From positions 1-58,829 of IMG/VR virus record IMGVR_UViG_3300050139_000074: a DNA stretch of 58,829 bases, one strand, 5' to 3'. The DNA comes from a virus. Taxonomy: Duplodnaviria > Caudoviricetes. The position numbers were made by a program, and so were the translations under genes. How positions within the stretch are numbered: position 1 is the first letter of the stretch; each line of letters opens with the position of its first letter. The notes under the pieces are model-generated. The model did not search any database. It was given only the letters and a program-made list of their open reading frames with translations, and was not told the DNA's origin. Positions 18,567 to 29,455 of this stretch are shown here, in pieces.

Positions 18567-21500
18567 CAACGCTCTACCCCATACTCACTCTTCACAATCT
18601 GTTCCCGCTTCGAGAGTACTCCAGCCTTCTTATCACGTTCCCGTTTAACTGCAGATGCCAGCTCCTGCGCCGTCACCTTGAGAGCAGGGTTCTTCTCTGA
18701 CCAATGATTCAGTTTCTCTATGGCTTCTTCCTGCCCGTCAACATCCTGCTCGGCACTCGCCGTAGCGAGTCCTTTGACGAGCGAGGCACGCCTCTGCGAG
18801 AGCGAAGTAGAGATATTTTTTAGATACCGTGACTCTTGCTGCGCCAGAGAAACGTCCATAGGATTGATGCCAGCGAGCATCAAGGCGAAGCTCCACGGAG
18901 AGACATCTTCGCTCTTCAAGAGTGTCTTGCCGCCACCCTGTACACCATTATTATACACCTCCGCCGTCTTGAACAAGTCGCGTACTGGCTTAGGAGACGT
19001 CATGCGCATGTACTCTGACAGGTCACCATCGGCCAAGGCATCCATGCCCCGAATAGTATCGGAGGCTACACCCCACGCAGGGCCGAGAATACGTCCGGCG
19101 TACCAGTTCGCCTTGGCAGTGCCGGTGAGCCCCGGAGGTGGGTCGCCTTGAATTATGTCCATCATGCCCCCGGCTCCGATGCGCCTTGATATATCAGCAC
19201 CGACAAGAGAAGGCAGACCTTTCATAAACAGGTTGGCCGTCGTATCCCCCACAGCTTCTCTGAGACCTTTCTCGAAGTCGCCTGCTACATTCCAAGGGTC
19301 GTCCGGGTCTTCAAACATGGCGGAGATGCCAGCCCACAGTGCGCTGGTCACTGAGTTAGAGAGCATCATAGCAATGGGAGTGCCGCCGGCGCCGGCAAGG
19401 GCGAAGGCCGACCCCATCTGGTAAGCCAGTTCCTGCCGTGCTTCGCTCTTCATCTGCTCCGCACCTTCCATACTAGAGAAGAAGGCCTTCACATCTTCAG
19501 GCATGCCCTCACGTGTTTCGGTTGAGTGGTAGGCTTTTCCATCCTTGGTGAGCCGGTGCTGAGATTCTCCGTTTTTTGTAATACTCATTACGTCGTAGCC
19601 GTTGGCTTCTGCGGTCGCCTTTGCATCGGAGATGCTTCGGTCGTACTCACCACCAGCAGCGTCCTTCAGGAGCTGGATCGTCTTACCTACCATGTGGAAG
19701 CGGAAGAACTGGAACTGCCCGAGGATACGCCCGGTGTTGCCTCGCCACATCTCGCCCCGGTTCTGGGAGTCGAAATTGAACAAGGTGTCATCAATGATGT
19801 CTGCGGCGTAGTCATGCGCCTTCAAGAACCCGTCCTTGGCTGCGAGGCCAAAAGATGAGATAGCTGCCGCCCGGCGCGAACCGGTCTCGGACTTCTGCAT
19901 GAAGATGCCAGCCTTATCAATTATCTTATTCATAGTCTTGGTGCCGTTGTCCGACCCTGCGATCTCATCTCCGACCATGTGCGACATGGAGAGATCTATC
20001 GCTCCCTGGTGCGAGAGCACTTTGAGCACGAGAAGTTTCTGGTTGTCCGACATGACCTTACCGGGCTCGCTAAAAGAGTTATACATCGCAGTCATCTGGG
20101 CTTCAAGAGCCTCGCGCTCTATCGGCAGTGCCTCGCGGCTCTGCTCGACCAGCTTAGATAATTTCTCTCCTATGTAGTCATTCTCTCGATCAAAGGCATC
20201 GATCTTCTCATCCGAGTACCGGCCAGCCATGTACTCTTTGGCGGAGCGGCTGTAAGATGCGAGGGATGTGCCGTACCCATAACGTGCAGCAAGTTTCGGT
20301 ATGGTGGTCATGTAAGGCTGTGCCCACTGCACGGCAAAAGTAGAAGGGCTGGATAGATACCACAGGAACGTAACCTTGCTGACAGCCTTGGTCAGCTCAT
20401 TGATCTTCTCAGTGTTCCCCGCCTTCTCATTGACGTACAGGTGATTATACAGCTTGTACATATCACGGATGTCGTCAGGGTTAGCAGGGCGAGAAGAGTC
20501 GGAGTCTCGGGCATCTATCTCGTTCCGCATGTCTCTGAACGTCTGCTCAACCTTGGAGCCATAAAGGAGTTGAGCGTTCGCAATCGAGTGGTTCCTGATG
20601 TACGTGAGGTACGAGCGCACTACATCAGTGCTGTACCCTTCTATATTCTCACGGTGGAGCTTGTTACCCTTGGTGGTGGTGCGCGGCAACGTATTAATCC
20701 TGAGACCCTCCGCCGACTGCATGAGACCCTGCAGAGCCTCGCCTGTGAAACCCTTGGCCTCCGCCGCAGCCCTGAACTTGTCGAGGAACGCCGCCGGGAT
20801 ATTAATCACATCTCTTCGCGCATCAAGACGTTCCTCAATCTTTGCATGAAGATCGTTCGTCTTATCCTGATTAATCCTGTTCACCGCATCTATCGCGGCC
20901 TTCGGACTTTCAAAGAACTCAGTCTTGACCCGGTTACCGATCTCACCGTTGGATGTCTCGTAGGTACGCACGGCGGTGTCTCCGAACCGCATAAGGGGCA
21001 TGTAGTCACCTTGCAGCTTCGGGTAGCGCATATCAACAGCTCTTACGAGTGGCGCCACGTCCTGAGCATCTTGGGAGAAGCCCGAGAGATCCTGTTTCGC
21101 GTCCAACGCCTTATTATACGCCTCCGCCTCCTTCACCACATCTTCGCCATGAACCACTTTCAACGGTGCCAGCTCCGCCTCCCGCCCTTTCTCATACATC
21201 TGGGTGACGTGATCAATCATCTCACGGTGGGCGAGGCGCTGCGCGGGGTCAAGTTTTGAGTAGAGGTTTTTGATCTCAGCCTGTGCATCTTCCAGACTCT
21301 TACCTGTAGATTCTTCAAGCCCTGCGGATTTCCAAGTCTCGGGTGTCCAGTTGTCCTTGCCGTCTGCACGCAGCTCGTAGGTCGTCGCCTTCCACACAAG
21401 ATCGGATAGAGTCTTCGCCTCTCCCTCAGTCTTAAAAGCCTTGGAGACCGCCTGCCACTTGATACCTGCGTCTCTGAGTTCCGACGACTTATACCCTGCC

Positions 21501-24500
21501 ATCTCTTTATGCTGCTGCATGAGTGCATTAAGATGCGCCTTGATCGGCGCGTAGGGCGCCTGAGACGCAGCGAGCCGGATGGATCTGTCCACAGGGAAGA
21601 GGTAACGATAAGTGGAGTCGATGATGCCTTTGACGAGCCTCTTGGCTGAGACTCCGTCTTTGAAGAAGTTGGTAACGCCTTTGGCTACCTTCTCCGAAGG
21701 GGCGGCAACATCTACCATTGAGGCGGCGAACTTCATAAATGATGCAGGCGTAGCCTGCGTGATTGGTATGTAGGGGACGGCTTGTAACCCGCCTCGCTGC
21801 TCCTCGGAGGCGATCTGTTGCGCCGCGTCTTGAGCTTCTCGGAGCGACTTAAACCCATTCACTAATTCCCCAGAATCATATAGCACGTATTCTTTACCGT
21901 CGGTTCGGATTCTAAATCCTTGAGGCTCGTTCCGCCACTGGCTGAATCCTGTAGTTGCGTCAGGGGTCTCATTGAACTTGACTCCGCCTAAGTCGGTTCT
22001 CTCAACCCCCTCGCCACCATACTTCTTGAACAGCGAGGGGAGAGTCTTGTCGTAAAGGGACTTGAGGCCTTCGCCACCTACTTTTAAATCCAACCCTGAA
22101 TACTCCAAAGGCACTGCGTCGCGGGTTGCGCGCAACTTGTCATACTCCGCTTCGGATATACTGCCATCTGTCTTTCTCAAGGCATCTCGATACGCTGTGT
22201 TGGCGGCTGTCCATGTCTTAGAATCATCGACAATCTTCTTGGCAAGTTCTTTACCTACGTTGTCCTCAACTTCCTGTACGGTTAGGTCGTGTTTAGTCAC
22301 CCTACCGTGGTTCTTCATGTCAAACACAAGCTCATAAGTCCCGTTGGAGTTTGGAGCAGCCTCAATACTGTCTACTTCCTTACTCAGATCGTACCGCTTC
22401 GCCTGCATTTCACCAGGCGTCCACGCCACACCATCGAACCCGTTCTCTTTAGCGTAGCTAAGGACTCGCTTAACCCCAAGATCATAGATCCTGTTCCGCA
22501 GGAACTGCGGCATGTTCTTCTGGTTGGCGTCACTCGGGCCTTGCATCTCTTCAACGAAGAGAATTTTTTTACCGTCAGTTTCTCTTTCATTGAACCTGAC
22601 GCGTACCACTGGGTTCTGAATATCTGAGTACTGGGAGTGTCCGTCTTGCCACCGAGAATCTTTTTGGTTCATCGCGTCGTTTTCCGCTGCCACCCTGCGA
22701 GCTTCTTCCTCAGTCAGATGCGAAGTCTGGTGCTGCTCATCGCCTACAATCCGTACGCGCCACGGCCTCCCTGCCCCTTCTTGCTTGTAGACTTCGTGAC
22801 GGCGGGTTACGTCGTTTGGAGCCGTTACAAACATCTCACGATACGACCCCTCTTTGGCACCGGGTTCGGTGTATTGGGAGAAGTGGGTTGGTGCTTTTGG
22901 TGCAGCACTTTCGCGCACTTTGTCTTTTTCTGTGCTGTTGAGTCTGCTGTAGGGTTGACCATACAGCTTCTTGGCATACGCGTCCAAGTCAGATTCGGTC
23001 AAATTCTCTACCGGAACATCCCCCAAAACCACATCCTTCAGCTCAACGGCGTTCGCCTTCAACTCATCCTGAACCTCTTTAGCTGTGAACCGTTCTCGCG
23101 ATGCGAGAAACTCTTCGAGTCCTGATGCCTTGACTTCATCAGCCTTCAGCCCCTTATCCTTCAGGATGTTCTCGAAGTGTGAGCGTGGTAGAGGTTTATC
23201 TTGGTTCACAGATTTCAAGCGTTCTGAGAACAGGTCTTCCAGCTTTGAGTACCACGGCTTCGCCTCCGGTGCTACGGAGAACTGCGTACCACCATCACCT
23301 GCGATGACGTTCTCTTTCTGGGCCTTTGCTAGCATCTCTGTGGCAGCTTTCTCGATGCGGGAATAATCCTTGAATATGCTAGCACTGAGCTGTGCGTGGT
23401 AACGTGCCGTGGTGATTGGCTTAAGAATATCCAGCACGACCTGGGCAATCTTCTCGATGAGCGTAGGGTTCTTCTCATGCAGAGCAGACCACACAGCAGG
23501 GTCGGTCATCAGATGCCCAACAGTCTCAGCCATTGCCTCGGATGGAAAGGTCTCCGCATCGTAGGATGTGCCATGCGCCTTATTATAACTATCCATGTAC
23601 TTAGAGAACTTATCAGTAGCGAGTTCTTCCTTGAACACTTTATGGAAAGCGTCGTAGACACCATCCCCACTCTGCTTCGAAGCAAATTCAATCGCATGGG
23701 TGAGCTCATGCCCAAAGATAACCAAGTGTGGATCTTTAGTCGTCGCCTTTATGTAGATGGTGTCAGGTGTACCGCCGTTGAAAAAGCCAGCAGGCGCTCC
23801 TGATACTCCGCCGGACTCTTCAAAAAGGTATACTTTTCTGCCCCAAACCGAAGCGATTTTGTTAAGTTTAGCCGCTGTATTATCATGTCCCTCAGCAGGT
23901 CGCAAGCTGCCTGGAGGAAAAGACTGTCCGGTCGTTTTCGCAAGGTCCTTCTCTGCCAGACGTAGGACTTCATCATTTGTGAGACGGTACTTTCCGTTGA
24001 CGGGTTCACTTGGATTTCCGGCGGGGTTGGGTCTGACAGGTTCACTATTATTGTTACTGGCCGCGTTATCCCCTCCGGTGGCGGTAGGCGCACCTGGTGC
24101 GCCTGTCTCAGATTGGCCTTGAAGAACTCCCCCATCGCCTACTCCTTTCTCAATTTTCGCAACAAGATCCTGCGCCCCTTGAATCTGCTGCTCCCGGTCG
24201 TAACCATCCCCGGCGGTCGCCGCAGTCTTGAAGTTCTGGATCTTGCCATTGATCTTCTCGAACGTAGCAACGTCCACGTTATTACCGGAAGAATCTTTCT
24301 CCCGCAGGGTGTAGACACCCTCGTTGGTATCATGCGTAATCACGGAATTGTCATCGACCTTGTAGACGTCAACGCCGTCTCTTGAGGCGACAGGCTTCGG
24401 GGCTACCGGTTCTTCAACCGGTGTAGCCACCACCTCACTTTCCTTAGGTTTAATCACCCACTTACCATCAGTGTCGCGCTGCACCACCTCATGCGTATCC

Positions 24501-25906
24501 GCCTTACTGCCGAGCTTCTTGGTTGCCGTCTTCTCGTCCTTGTATCCTTTATAGGCGACAAGCGGGTTCGTAATGAGTGGTGCCGGGGTGATTTCACCTG
24601 TGGTGTAATCTACGTTTTCAACAGGTGTTGATAAGTCTGTGGATAACTCCTGCGGAGCGGGAGCCTGCTCCACCGGAGCCGGGAGATCTTCGATATGCTG
24701 CGAAGCAGCAGCCTCGCCCCTCAGGGCGGAGTCCTGAGCCAGAGTATCCATCACACCTTCACCAGTAGTGGCACTCTTTGCCAAGGCAGTAAGTGCTTGA
24801 CTCTGCACTTCTTCGATGGTAGGAGGTTTCGCCCCCGCCTTCTCCTGTGCCTCGGCAGCAAGTTTGTCCATGACCGGTTTCAGCATGTCAGAGCTGGTGT
24901 CTATCGGGTTCTTTAAATTAACGTCCTGAAGAGCTTCGCTCCGCCACAGGTTAGCGGCGGAAGGATCGGCGGCATACATATGCTCGTAGAGAGCATTGAC
25001 GACCTTTGCGCGTTGCTCCGGGTTAAACTCCCCATCACTTAATACGCCTTTAAAAGCCTGTGCTGCGCCGGCTCTCTGAGCAGCGGTAAAGGCACCAAAA
25101 GCTCCGCCGGTAAGGGCTGAAGAGATCCACGCCTTGGGGTTAGCCAGCACCTCCTTCATCGGGTCGGCGTCGGGTCTTGCCCCGGTGTATTTCTCAGCAG
25201 CAGCGGTCGCCGCACCTTGGGCCTGCATGATCGGTGCATCTACGAGGACGGAGGAGCCTACGTCACCGGCCAAGGAGCGTAAAGATGGGCGCACGAGGTT
25301 CTGTGCTACGGCCTCAATACCGTGGGCCACCGCCTTCATGCCGAGCGACTCGGCCCCTGCTCGGAGCAATCCCTTCGCAGCGTGAGAAGCTGGACCCATG
25401 AGAGCCATGCCTGCACCAGAGGCAACGGCAGGGAGAATTGACGCCTGCATCGCATCGCCATCCGACATGCCGTTCGTCTTCGCACTCTCAAAGGAGCGTT
25501 CACCTTGAGACCCTGCGGCCTCCGCCGTAAGTGCTACGAGACCGGGGAGACCGGCAGCGAGGTACGGCACCATCTTGCCAACGCCTTCGGCGAGCTCTCC
25601 ACCTTGAGCGATGTAAGGGTGCGCCTCTTTGAACCCCGGAGTCATTGCATAATCTTTTTGCAACTCTTCACTCGCACGGCGTAACCCGCCGCCGAAGGTG
25701 CCGTCACCACCGAGAACACGAGAGGCGTACTGCCCAGCCTCACCTATGCCTTGACCGATGAGCCCTGCAACACGAGGAATGGCCTTGACCGTCTCTTGTG
25801 CAACCGTGGAATTACTTGGAGGGGCGCTGAGAATATCGTCGTAGGTGCCGGGAGACTTAAGCTCCGGAGCGGTGCCGTTCAGAATGTCGTCAAACATCCC
25901 GGCCAT
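18566..25906 (-). CDS. giant internal virion/ejection protein of polyvalent type
   Basis: 2446 aa, last gene of virion arm; zincin motif HELTH; YMPLMRFG (PLxRFG) motif. Confidence 0.8.
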   Translation of the reverse strand: MAGMFDDILNGTAPELKSPGTYDDILSAPPSNSTVAQETVKAIPRVAGLIGQGIGEAGQYASRVLGGDGTFGGGLRRASEELQKDYAMTPGFKEAHPYIAQGGELAEGVGKMVPYLAAGLPGLVALTAEAAGSQGERSFESAKTNGMSDGDAMQASILPAVASGAGMALMGPASHAAKGLLRAGAESLGMKAVAHGIEAVAQNLVRPSLRSLAGDVGSSVLVDAPIMQAQGAATAAAEKYTGARPDADPMKEVLANPKAWISSALTGGAFGAFTAAQRAGAAQAFKGVLSDGEFNPEQRAKVVNALYEHMYAADPSAANLWRSEALQDVNLKNPIDTSSDMLKPVMDKLAAEAQEKAGAKPPTIEEVQSQALTALAKSATTGEGVMDTLAQDSALRGEAAASQHIEDLPAPVEQAPAPQELSTDLSTPVENVDYTTGEITPAPLITNPLVAYKGYKDEKTATKKLGSKADTHEVVQRDTDGKWVIKPKESEVVATPVEEPVAPKPVASRDGVDVYKVDDNSVITHDTNEGVYTLREKDSSGNNVDVATFEKINGKIQNFKTAATAGDGYDREQQIQGAQDLVAKIEKGVGDGGVLQGQSETGAPGAPTATGGDNAASNNNSEPVRPNPAGNPSEPVNGKYRLTNDEVLRLAEKDLAKTTGQSFPPGSLRPAEGHDNTAAKLNKIASVWGRKVYLFEESGGVSGAPAGFFNGGTPDTIYIKATTKDPHLVIFGHELTHAIEFASKQSGDGVYDAFHKVFKEELATDKFSKYMDSYNKAHGTSYDAETFPSEAMAETVGHLMTDPAVWSALHEKNPTLIEKIAQVVLDILKPITTARYHAQLSASIFKDYSRIEKAATEMLAKAQKENVIAGDGGTQFSVAPEAKPWYSKLEDLFSERLKSVNQDKPLPRSHFENILKDKGLKADEVKASGLEEFLASRERFTAKEVQDELKANAVELKDVVLGDVPVENLTESDLDAYAKKLYGQPYSRLNSTEKDKVRESAAPKAPTHFSQYTEPGAKEGSYREMFVTAPNDVTRRHEVYKQEGAGRPWRVRIVGDEQHQTSHLTEEEARRVAAENDAMNQKDSRWQDGHSQYSDIQNPVVRVRFNERETDGKKILFVEEMQGPSDANQKNMPQFLRNRIYDLGVKRVLSYAKENGFDGVAWTPGEMQAKRYDLSKEVDSIEAAPNSNGTYELVFDMKNHGRVTKHDLTVQEVEDNVGKELAKKIVDDSKTWTAANTAYRDALRKTDGSISEAEYDKLRATRDAVPLEYSGLDLKVGGEGLKSLYDKTLPSLFKKYGGEGVERTDLGGVKFNETPDATTGFSQWRNEPQGFRIRTDGKEYVLYDSGELVNGFKSLREAQDAAQQIASEEQRGGLQAVPYIPITQATPASFMKFAASMVDVAAPSEKVAKGVTNFFKDGVSAKRLVKGIIDSTYRYLFPVDRSIRLAASQAPYAPIKAHLNALMQQHKEMAGYKSSELRDAGIKWQAVSKAFKTEGEAKTLSDLVWKATTYELRADGKDNWTPETWKSAGLEESTGKSLEDAQAEIKNLYSKLDPAQRLAHREMIDHVTQMYEKGREAELAPLKVVHGEDVVKEAEAYNKALDAKQDLSGFSQDAQDVAPLVRAVDMRYPKLQGDYMPLMRFGDTAVRTYETSNGEIGNRVKTEFFESPKAAIDAVNRINQDKTNDLHAKIEERLDARRDVINIPAAFLDKFRAAAEAKGFTGEALQGLMQSAEGLRINTLPRTTTKGNKLHRENIEGYSTDVVRSYLTYIRNHSIANAQLLYGSKVEQTFRDMRNEIDARDSDSSRPANPDDIRDMYKLYNHLYVNEKAGNTEKINELTKAVSKVTFLWYLSSPSTFAVQWAQPYMTTIPKLAARYGYGTSLASYSRSAKEYMAGRYSDEKIDAFDRENDYIGEKLSKLVEQSREALPIEREALEAQMTAMYNSFSEPGKVMSDNQKLLVLKVLSHQGAIDLSMSHMVGDEIAGSDNGTKTMNKIIDKAGIFMQKSETGSRRAAAISSFGLAAKDGFLKAHDYAADIIDDTLFNFDSQNRGEMWRGNTGRILGQFQFFRFHMVGKTIQLLKDAAGGEYDRSISDAKATAEANGYDVMSITKNGESQHRLTKDGKAYHSTETREGMPEDVKAFFSSMEGAEQMKSEARQELAYQMGSAFALAGAGGTPIAMMLSNSVTSALWAGISAMFEDPDDPWNVAGDFEKGLREAVGDTTANLFMKGLPSLVGADISRRIGAGGMMDIIQGDPPPGLTGTAKANWYAGRILGPAWGVASDTIRGMDALADGDLSEYMRMTSPKPVRDLFKTAEVYNNGVQGGGKTLLKSEDVSPWSFALMLAGINPMDVSLAQQESRYLKNISTSLSQRRASLVKGLATASAEQDVDGQEEAIEKLNHWSEKNPALKVTAQELASAVKRERDKKAGVLSKREQIVKSEYGVER

Positions 25907-25907
25907 G

Positions 25908-27485
25908 TTATGGTGCTCCTGTCAGAGATGCAGCCATGCGCTGCCTGATCGCTCTTTGTTTCACAGGATCGGCGATAACCGAAGGATCTCTTAACGCCTT
26001 CTGGAACTCGGCAAGAACCGCAGGATCTATGGTCTGCCCCTTCTGCCCGAAGATCGCAGGCATTGGATCAACAGGAGCCTCATCACCATACCAATGCTTC
26101 TTGCCTGCTATACCTGGGAGACCAGCGGCGACCAGAGGAACACCAGCGGCGAGGTTACGGCCAAGAGTTCCAGCGGCAAAGGCGCCAGCATCGTCACCGG
26201 GATGCGCGGCGAGGTAAGTCTCCAGAGCCTTCTGCCCTGCGAGTGCGATCTTCGTCTCGTCACCCTCTTTTTTCATGTCCAGTTTTGTCGGCTGGTTCTC
26301 GAAGTAACTGGCATGGGCATTTTGCAACCGCGCAGCGGCGCTCACCTGTAAATCATGTACTGCTGCCATACGCTCTAAACCTTGCTGAATATAATCAGGA
26401 TCTCCGGGCTTCGCAGTTACCATAGGTAACCCTGCTGCCTTCGGTGCTGGAGTATCGTCCTCTGCATCGTCCTCCTGGGCAGGTGCAGCTTTAAATAACT
26501 GCACGCCCAAACCATGTGAGGGTAGCATCGCAGGTGTAGATGCGGCGGGGGTGCTAGGAGCCACTTCAGCATTACGCCGGAGCATCCCGGTGGTCATGTT
26601 GCCATTGAAGTAGTTGGGGTCTCCGCCGAGCAGATAATTCCCGGCGTTCAGAGTTCTCGCCCCGGCATCGTTGGCGATTGCCACCGGAAGGGCTGCGCCC
26701 ACGGCGAGGCTCTGTACCAGACCCTTGGTGCCTTGAACGAGAGGAGAGTTCGAGATATTATCAAGAACGCCACCATCAGCCATACCCATCATACCAGGTG
26801 CGTTCATACGCCCTTCAGCATCAGGCTGGTTCAGCCCTTTCGGCCCTAGAGCTGTAGGCAGTCCCAGTTTCTTACGCACTGTAGTAACGATGCTATCGAA
26901 GAACTGCGGATGGAGAGCGGAGACCACTTCCTGCGGCACGACGTACTCGCCCTTCTTGGCGGCGATCATGGTGTCATCCGCAACGGCGGGGTTCGGTGTT
27001 CCAGAGATGAGTCCTGCGTTGGCGTAGCCACTGATCGTGTCCATGTGAACCGAGCCGGCAGGAGGCAGCTTCGCCGTAATGAGCGGGTCGGAGTCCATAG
27101 ATGTACTCAGGCTCGGGGTCTGAGTCAGTGAGGTGGTGAGGCCAGTGGCGCGTGGTAGTAAGGAACTACCTGTGGTTACGGCTGCATAAGGGTCAGGAGT
27201 TTTAGAACCCCCACCTGTGATATAAGGCGCTCCGCCTGCACCGACCAATGCAGTATTGAGCCCACCCTGATTAACCAGCCCTTGATGGGTAAGGCCGAAC
27301 TGCCCCGCCTGTTTGCCCACGGCGAGCTGGTTCTCACCAGCGGCTGCGATATTTTGGAGGCCGAAGTTACCCTGCTGATCGCCCACGGCGAGCTGGTTCT
27401 GGCCTTGGAGACCTACTATCTTCTCCCGCCCTGCCTGCTCGGTCGCTCGGAGATTCTGAATTAACCCTACATCGTATCCTGCCAT
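25908..27485 (-). CDS. putative internal virion/ejection protein
   Basis: Position; Gly/Ala/Gln-rich; NQLAVG repeats; GEYVVP and MADGG motifs. Confidence 0.65.
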   Translation of the reverse strand: MAGYDVGLIQNLRATEQAGREKIVGLQGQNQLAVGDQQGNFGLQNIAAAGENQLAVGKQAGQFGLTHQGLVNQGGLNTALVGAGGAPYITGGGSKTPDPYAAVTTGSSLLPRATGLTTSLTQTPSLSTSMDSDPLITAKLPPAGSVHMDTISGYANAGLISGTPNPAVADDTMIAAKKGEYVVPQEVVSALHPQFFDSIVTTVRKKLGLPTALGPKGLNQPDAEGRMNAPGMMGMADGGVLDNISNSPLVQGTKGLVQSLAVGAALPVAIANDAGARTLNAGNYLLGGDPNYFNGNMTTGMLRRNAEVAPSTPAASTPAMLPSHGLGVQLFKAAPAQEDDAEDDTPAPKAAGLPMVTAKPGDPDYIQQGLERMAAVHDLQVSAAARLQNAHASYFENQPTKLDMKKEGDETKIALAGQKALETYLAAHPGDDAGAFAAGTLGRNLAAGVPLVAAGLPGIAGKKHWYGDEAPVDPMPAIFGQKGQTIDPAVLAEFQKALRDPSVIADPVKQRAIRQRMAASLTGAP

Positions 27486-27495
27486 ATATCACCCC

Positions 27496-28803
27496 TTACG
27501 CCGAAATGTTCTGGGACTTGGAAACGTCGCCATTTGTGACGTTGAGGTTCTCGGACTCACTGCTGCTGGTGGACGCCGACCAGCCGAAGGAGCTGGAGAC
27601 GGAGACGCTGTTCAGCGATGAGGCGATCATCTGAGCTGCTGACTGTGCCAGTCCTTGCAGGGTCGAGACCTCAAGGGTCAATTGCCGGAGTGCAGTCTCG
27701 ATGACTACGTTCGCTTCTTTGAGCGCGATCTCGGCTTTCGTCCCGCCGATACTTGCATTGGCCTGAACACCCTTGAGCTTCAACTCCTCTGGAATCGTCT
27801 GAGCTTGTAGCGAAGCTACGGCGCCCTTCACTGCGGCATCATACGATGTGGCGACCGCCTGGTTCGTTTCTGCAATTGCCTTCATCGGTTCGATCTGCCC
27901 TGCAAGTTCCGCTTTGAAAACATCAACTACACCCTGGTTCGCCTGAACGGTAGCGAGTATCGCAGTCTTATTGATGTCAGCCTTTGCCAGAGCAACGGAG
28001 ACCGTGGACTTGAACCCTTCAAGGTTCAACGTAACCTGGGTCTTCGCAGCATCGAAGTCACGCATGATCTTGGAGTCAAAGACTCTGGAGAGCAGGTCAA
28101 GGAGCTGTGTGGACGAAGCGAGAACTGCCTTATTGTAGTCAACTGCGAGCCGTGCTGACTCCGCCATGATCTGCGAAGAGGAGTCGGAAAGGCGTATACC
28201 TGACTCATTATTCATCTCAGTCTGCTTCGCAGAGAGCGCGCCGGGAGGCATGTCGAAACCCCGAGAAGAGAAGATAGTCGTAGCCTCTGTGTACGCCTGC
28301 GCCCTTGCAGAGTTCTGCCTTGCCGTTTCACGAGCAAAGAGCGCATCTTCGGCGGAGCCGAGACCGGTGCTCGCAGTGGTTATATCAGCTTCGAGTCTGT
28401 TCCGAAGCGATGTGAGCAGATCGTCGGTGAACGCAGAGTTCGTAAAGGAGACCGTAGTGCTGGGCACATCGGGGATATTGATGTCTGCGACCGCAGGAAT
28501 CTCGTGAATCGTGCCGAGAGTCTGGGGTGTAAATGATGGCACCGTAGTGTATGTCGGCGCAGTCGGGGCGTCGTAGGTGAACTCCCCTGTAGGGGAGTAG
28601 AGAGTGATCGCATCGAGCGCAGCAGCTACCGCCGAGAGATCGGTGGCAACGGTGTCAGACCCGAGCTTACTTTTAATTTCTACAAGATCAGTATTAAGCA
28701 TATTTCTAGCCCAGTCGGCCCACGACGAGGCTAAAGCGTACTTACTTTGTAAGATACCATCTGCCGTTACAAATGTTTGAGGCATTAATGTATTGCTGCT
28801 CAC
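27496..28803 (-). CDS. putative virion protein (helical, Ala-rich)
   Basis: RGFDMPPGAL motif; position in tail/ejection module. Confidence 0.65.
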   Translation of the reverse strand: MSSNTLMPQTFVTADGILQSKYALASSWADWARNMLNTDLVEIKSKLGSDTVATDLSAVAAALDAITLYSPTGEFTYDAPTAPTYTTVPSFTPQTLGTIHEIPAVADINIPDVPSTTVSFTNSAFTDDLLTSLRNRLEADITTASTGLGSAEDALFARETARQNSARAQAYTEATTIFSSRGFDMPPGALSAKQTEMNNESGIRLSDSSSQIMAESARLAVDYNKAVLASSTQLLDLLSRVFDSKIMRDFDAAKTQVTLNLEGFKSTVSVALAKADINKTAILATVQANQGVVDVFKAELAGQIEPMKAIAETNQAVATSYDAAVKGAVASLQAQTIPEELKLKGVQANASIGGTKAEIALKEANVVIETALRQLTLEVSTLQGLAQSAAQMIASSLNSVSVSSSFGWSASTSSSESENLNVTNGDVSKSQNISA

Positions 28804-28815
28804 AACGGCCTCCTG

Positions 28816-29454
28816 TTAAATCAGGGTGCTTATATCAATCGTGGTGTGCCCGGTCGTGACTACCGTTACAGTCTCACCGAACACAGGGCAGGTCAGCTTC
28901 GCTGTAAGCCCTTCAATAACATATATTTCGAAATAACCCAACTTATTTGTTATCGTTGAGATTGTCTCGATGTCCACGACGTCAGAGTTGTTCGCAGCAG
29001 CGGGTGTGACTGCGGCAGTAACTACCACGCCGATCCAGTTTACGACTTCCGGAGTTCCGAGGAAAGGGTTCGCAGGGGTGATAACCGCTTGACCCGCAGC
29101 GGTGCCGTCAGGCTTGATTACTGTGCCGAAGATCTTGCACATCGGCTCCGTTGAGATGCGGAGCGGGGAGACATTCGCAGTATCCAGGGTGATGATCGTA
29201 ATGCCGGTCACCGAGTTCACGAACGTAGAGACGAAGGAGTAGGGGCCCACGAGGAGCGAAGCGAGTTCTACGCCGAGGATCAGGAGATCGAACTCATTGA
29301 CGTTCCGTACCATGTTCTTCGTGAACAAGGAGGAGCCATTCGGGTAATCGGCATAGATGTCGATCTTCGCGGCCCAATCATCCGAGAGCGTGGGGAACTG
29401 AGAAGATGCGTATGTCGCTGTAAAGTCCTGCCCCTGCTGAAGTGCTACGGTCAT
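28816..29454 (-). CDS. putative virion protein, two beta-sandwich-like domains
   Basis: Beta-rich; TITNKLGYFEI motif. Confidence 0.6.
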   Translation of the reverse strand: MTVALQQGQDFTATYASSQFPTLSDDWAAKIDIYADYPNGSSLFTKNMVRNVNEFDLLILGVELASLLVGPYSFVSTFVNSVTGITIITLDTANVSPLRISTEPMCKIFGTVIKPDGTAAGQAVITPANPFLGTPEVVNWIGVVVTAAVTPAAANNSDVVDIETISTITNKLGYFEIYVIEGLTAKLTCPVFGETVTVVTTGHTTIDISTLI

Positions 29455-29455
29455 A

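Noticed and set aside
18720-25385. Numerous + strand ORFs antisense to the giant virion gene (and similar shadows elsewhere)
   Set aside because: Antisense shadows of coding sequence with no RBS or protein-like motifs
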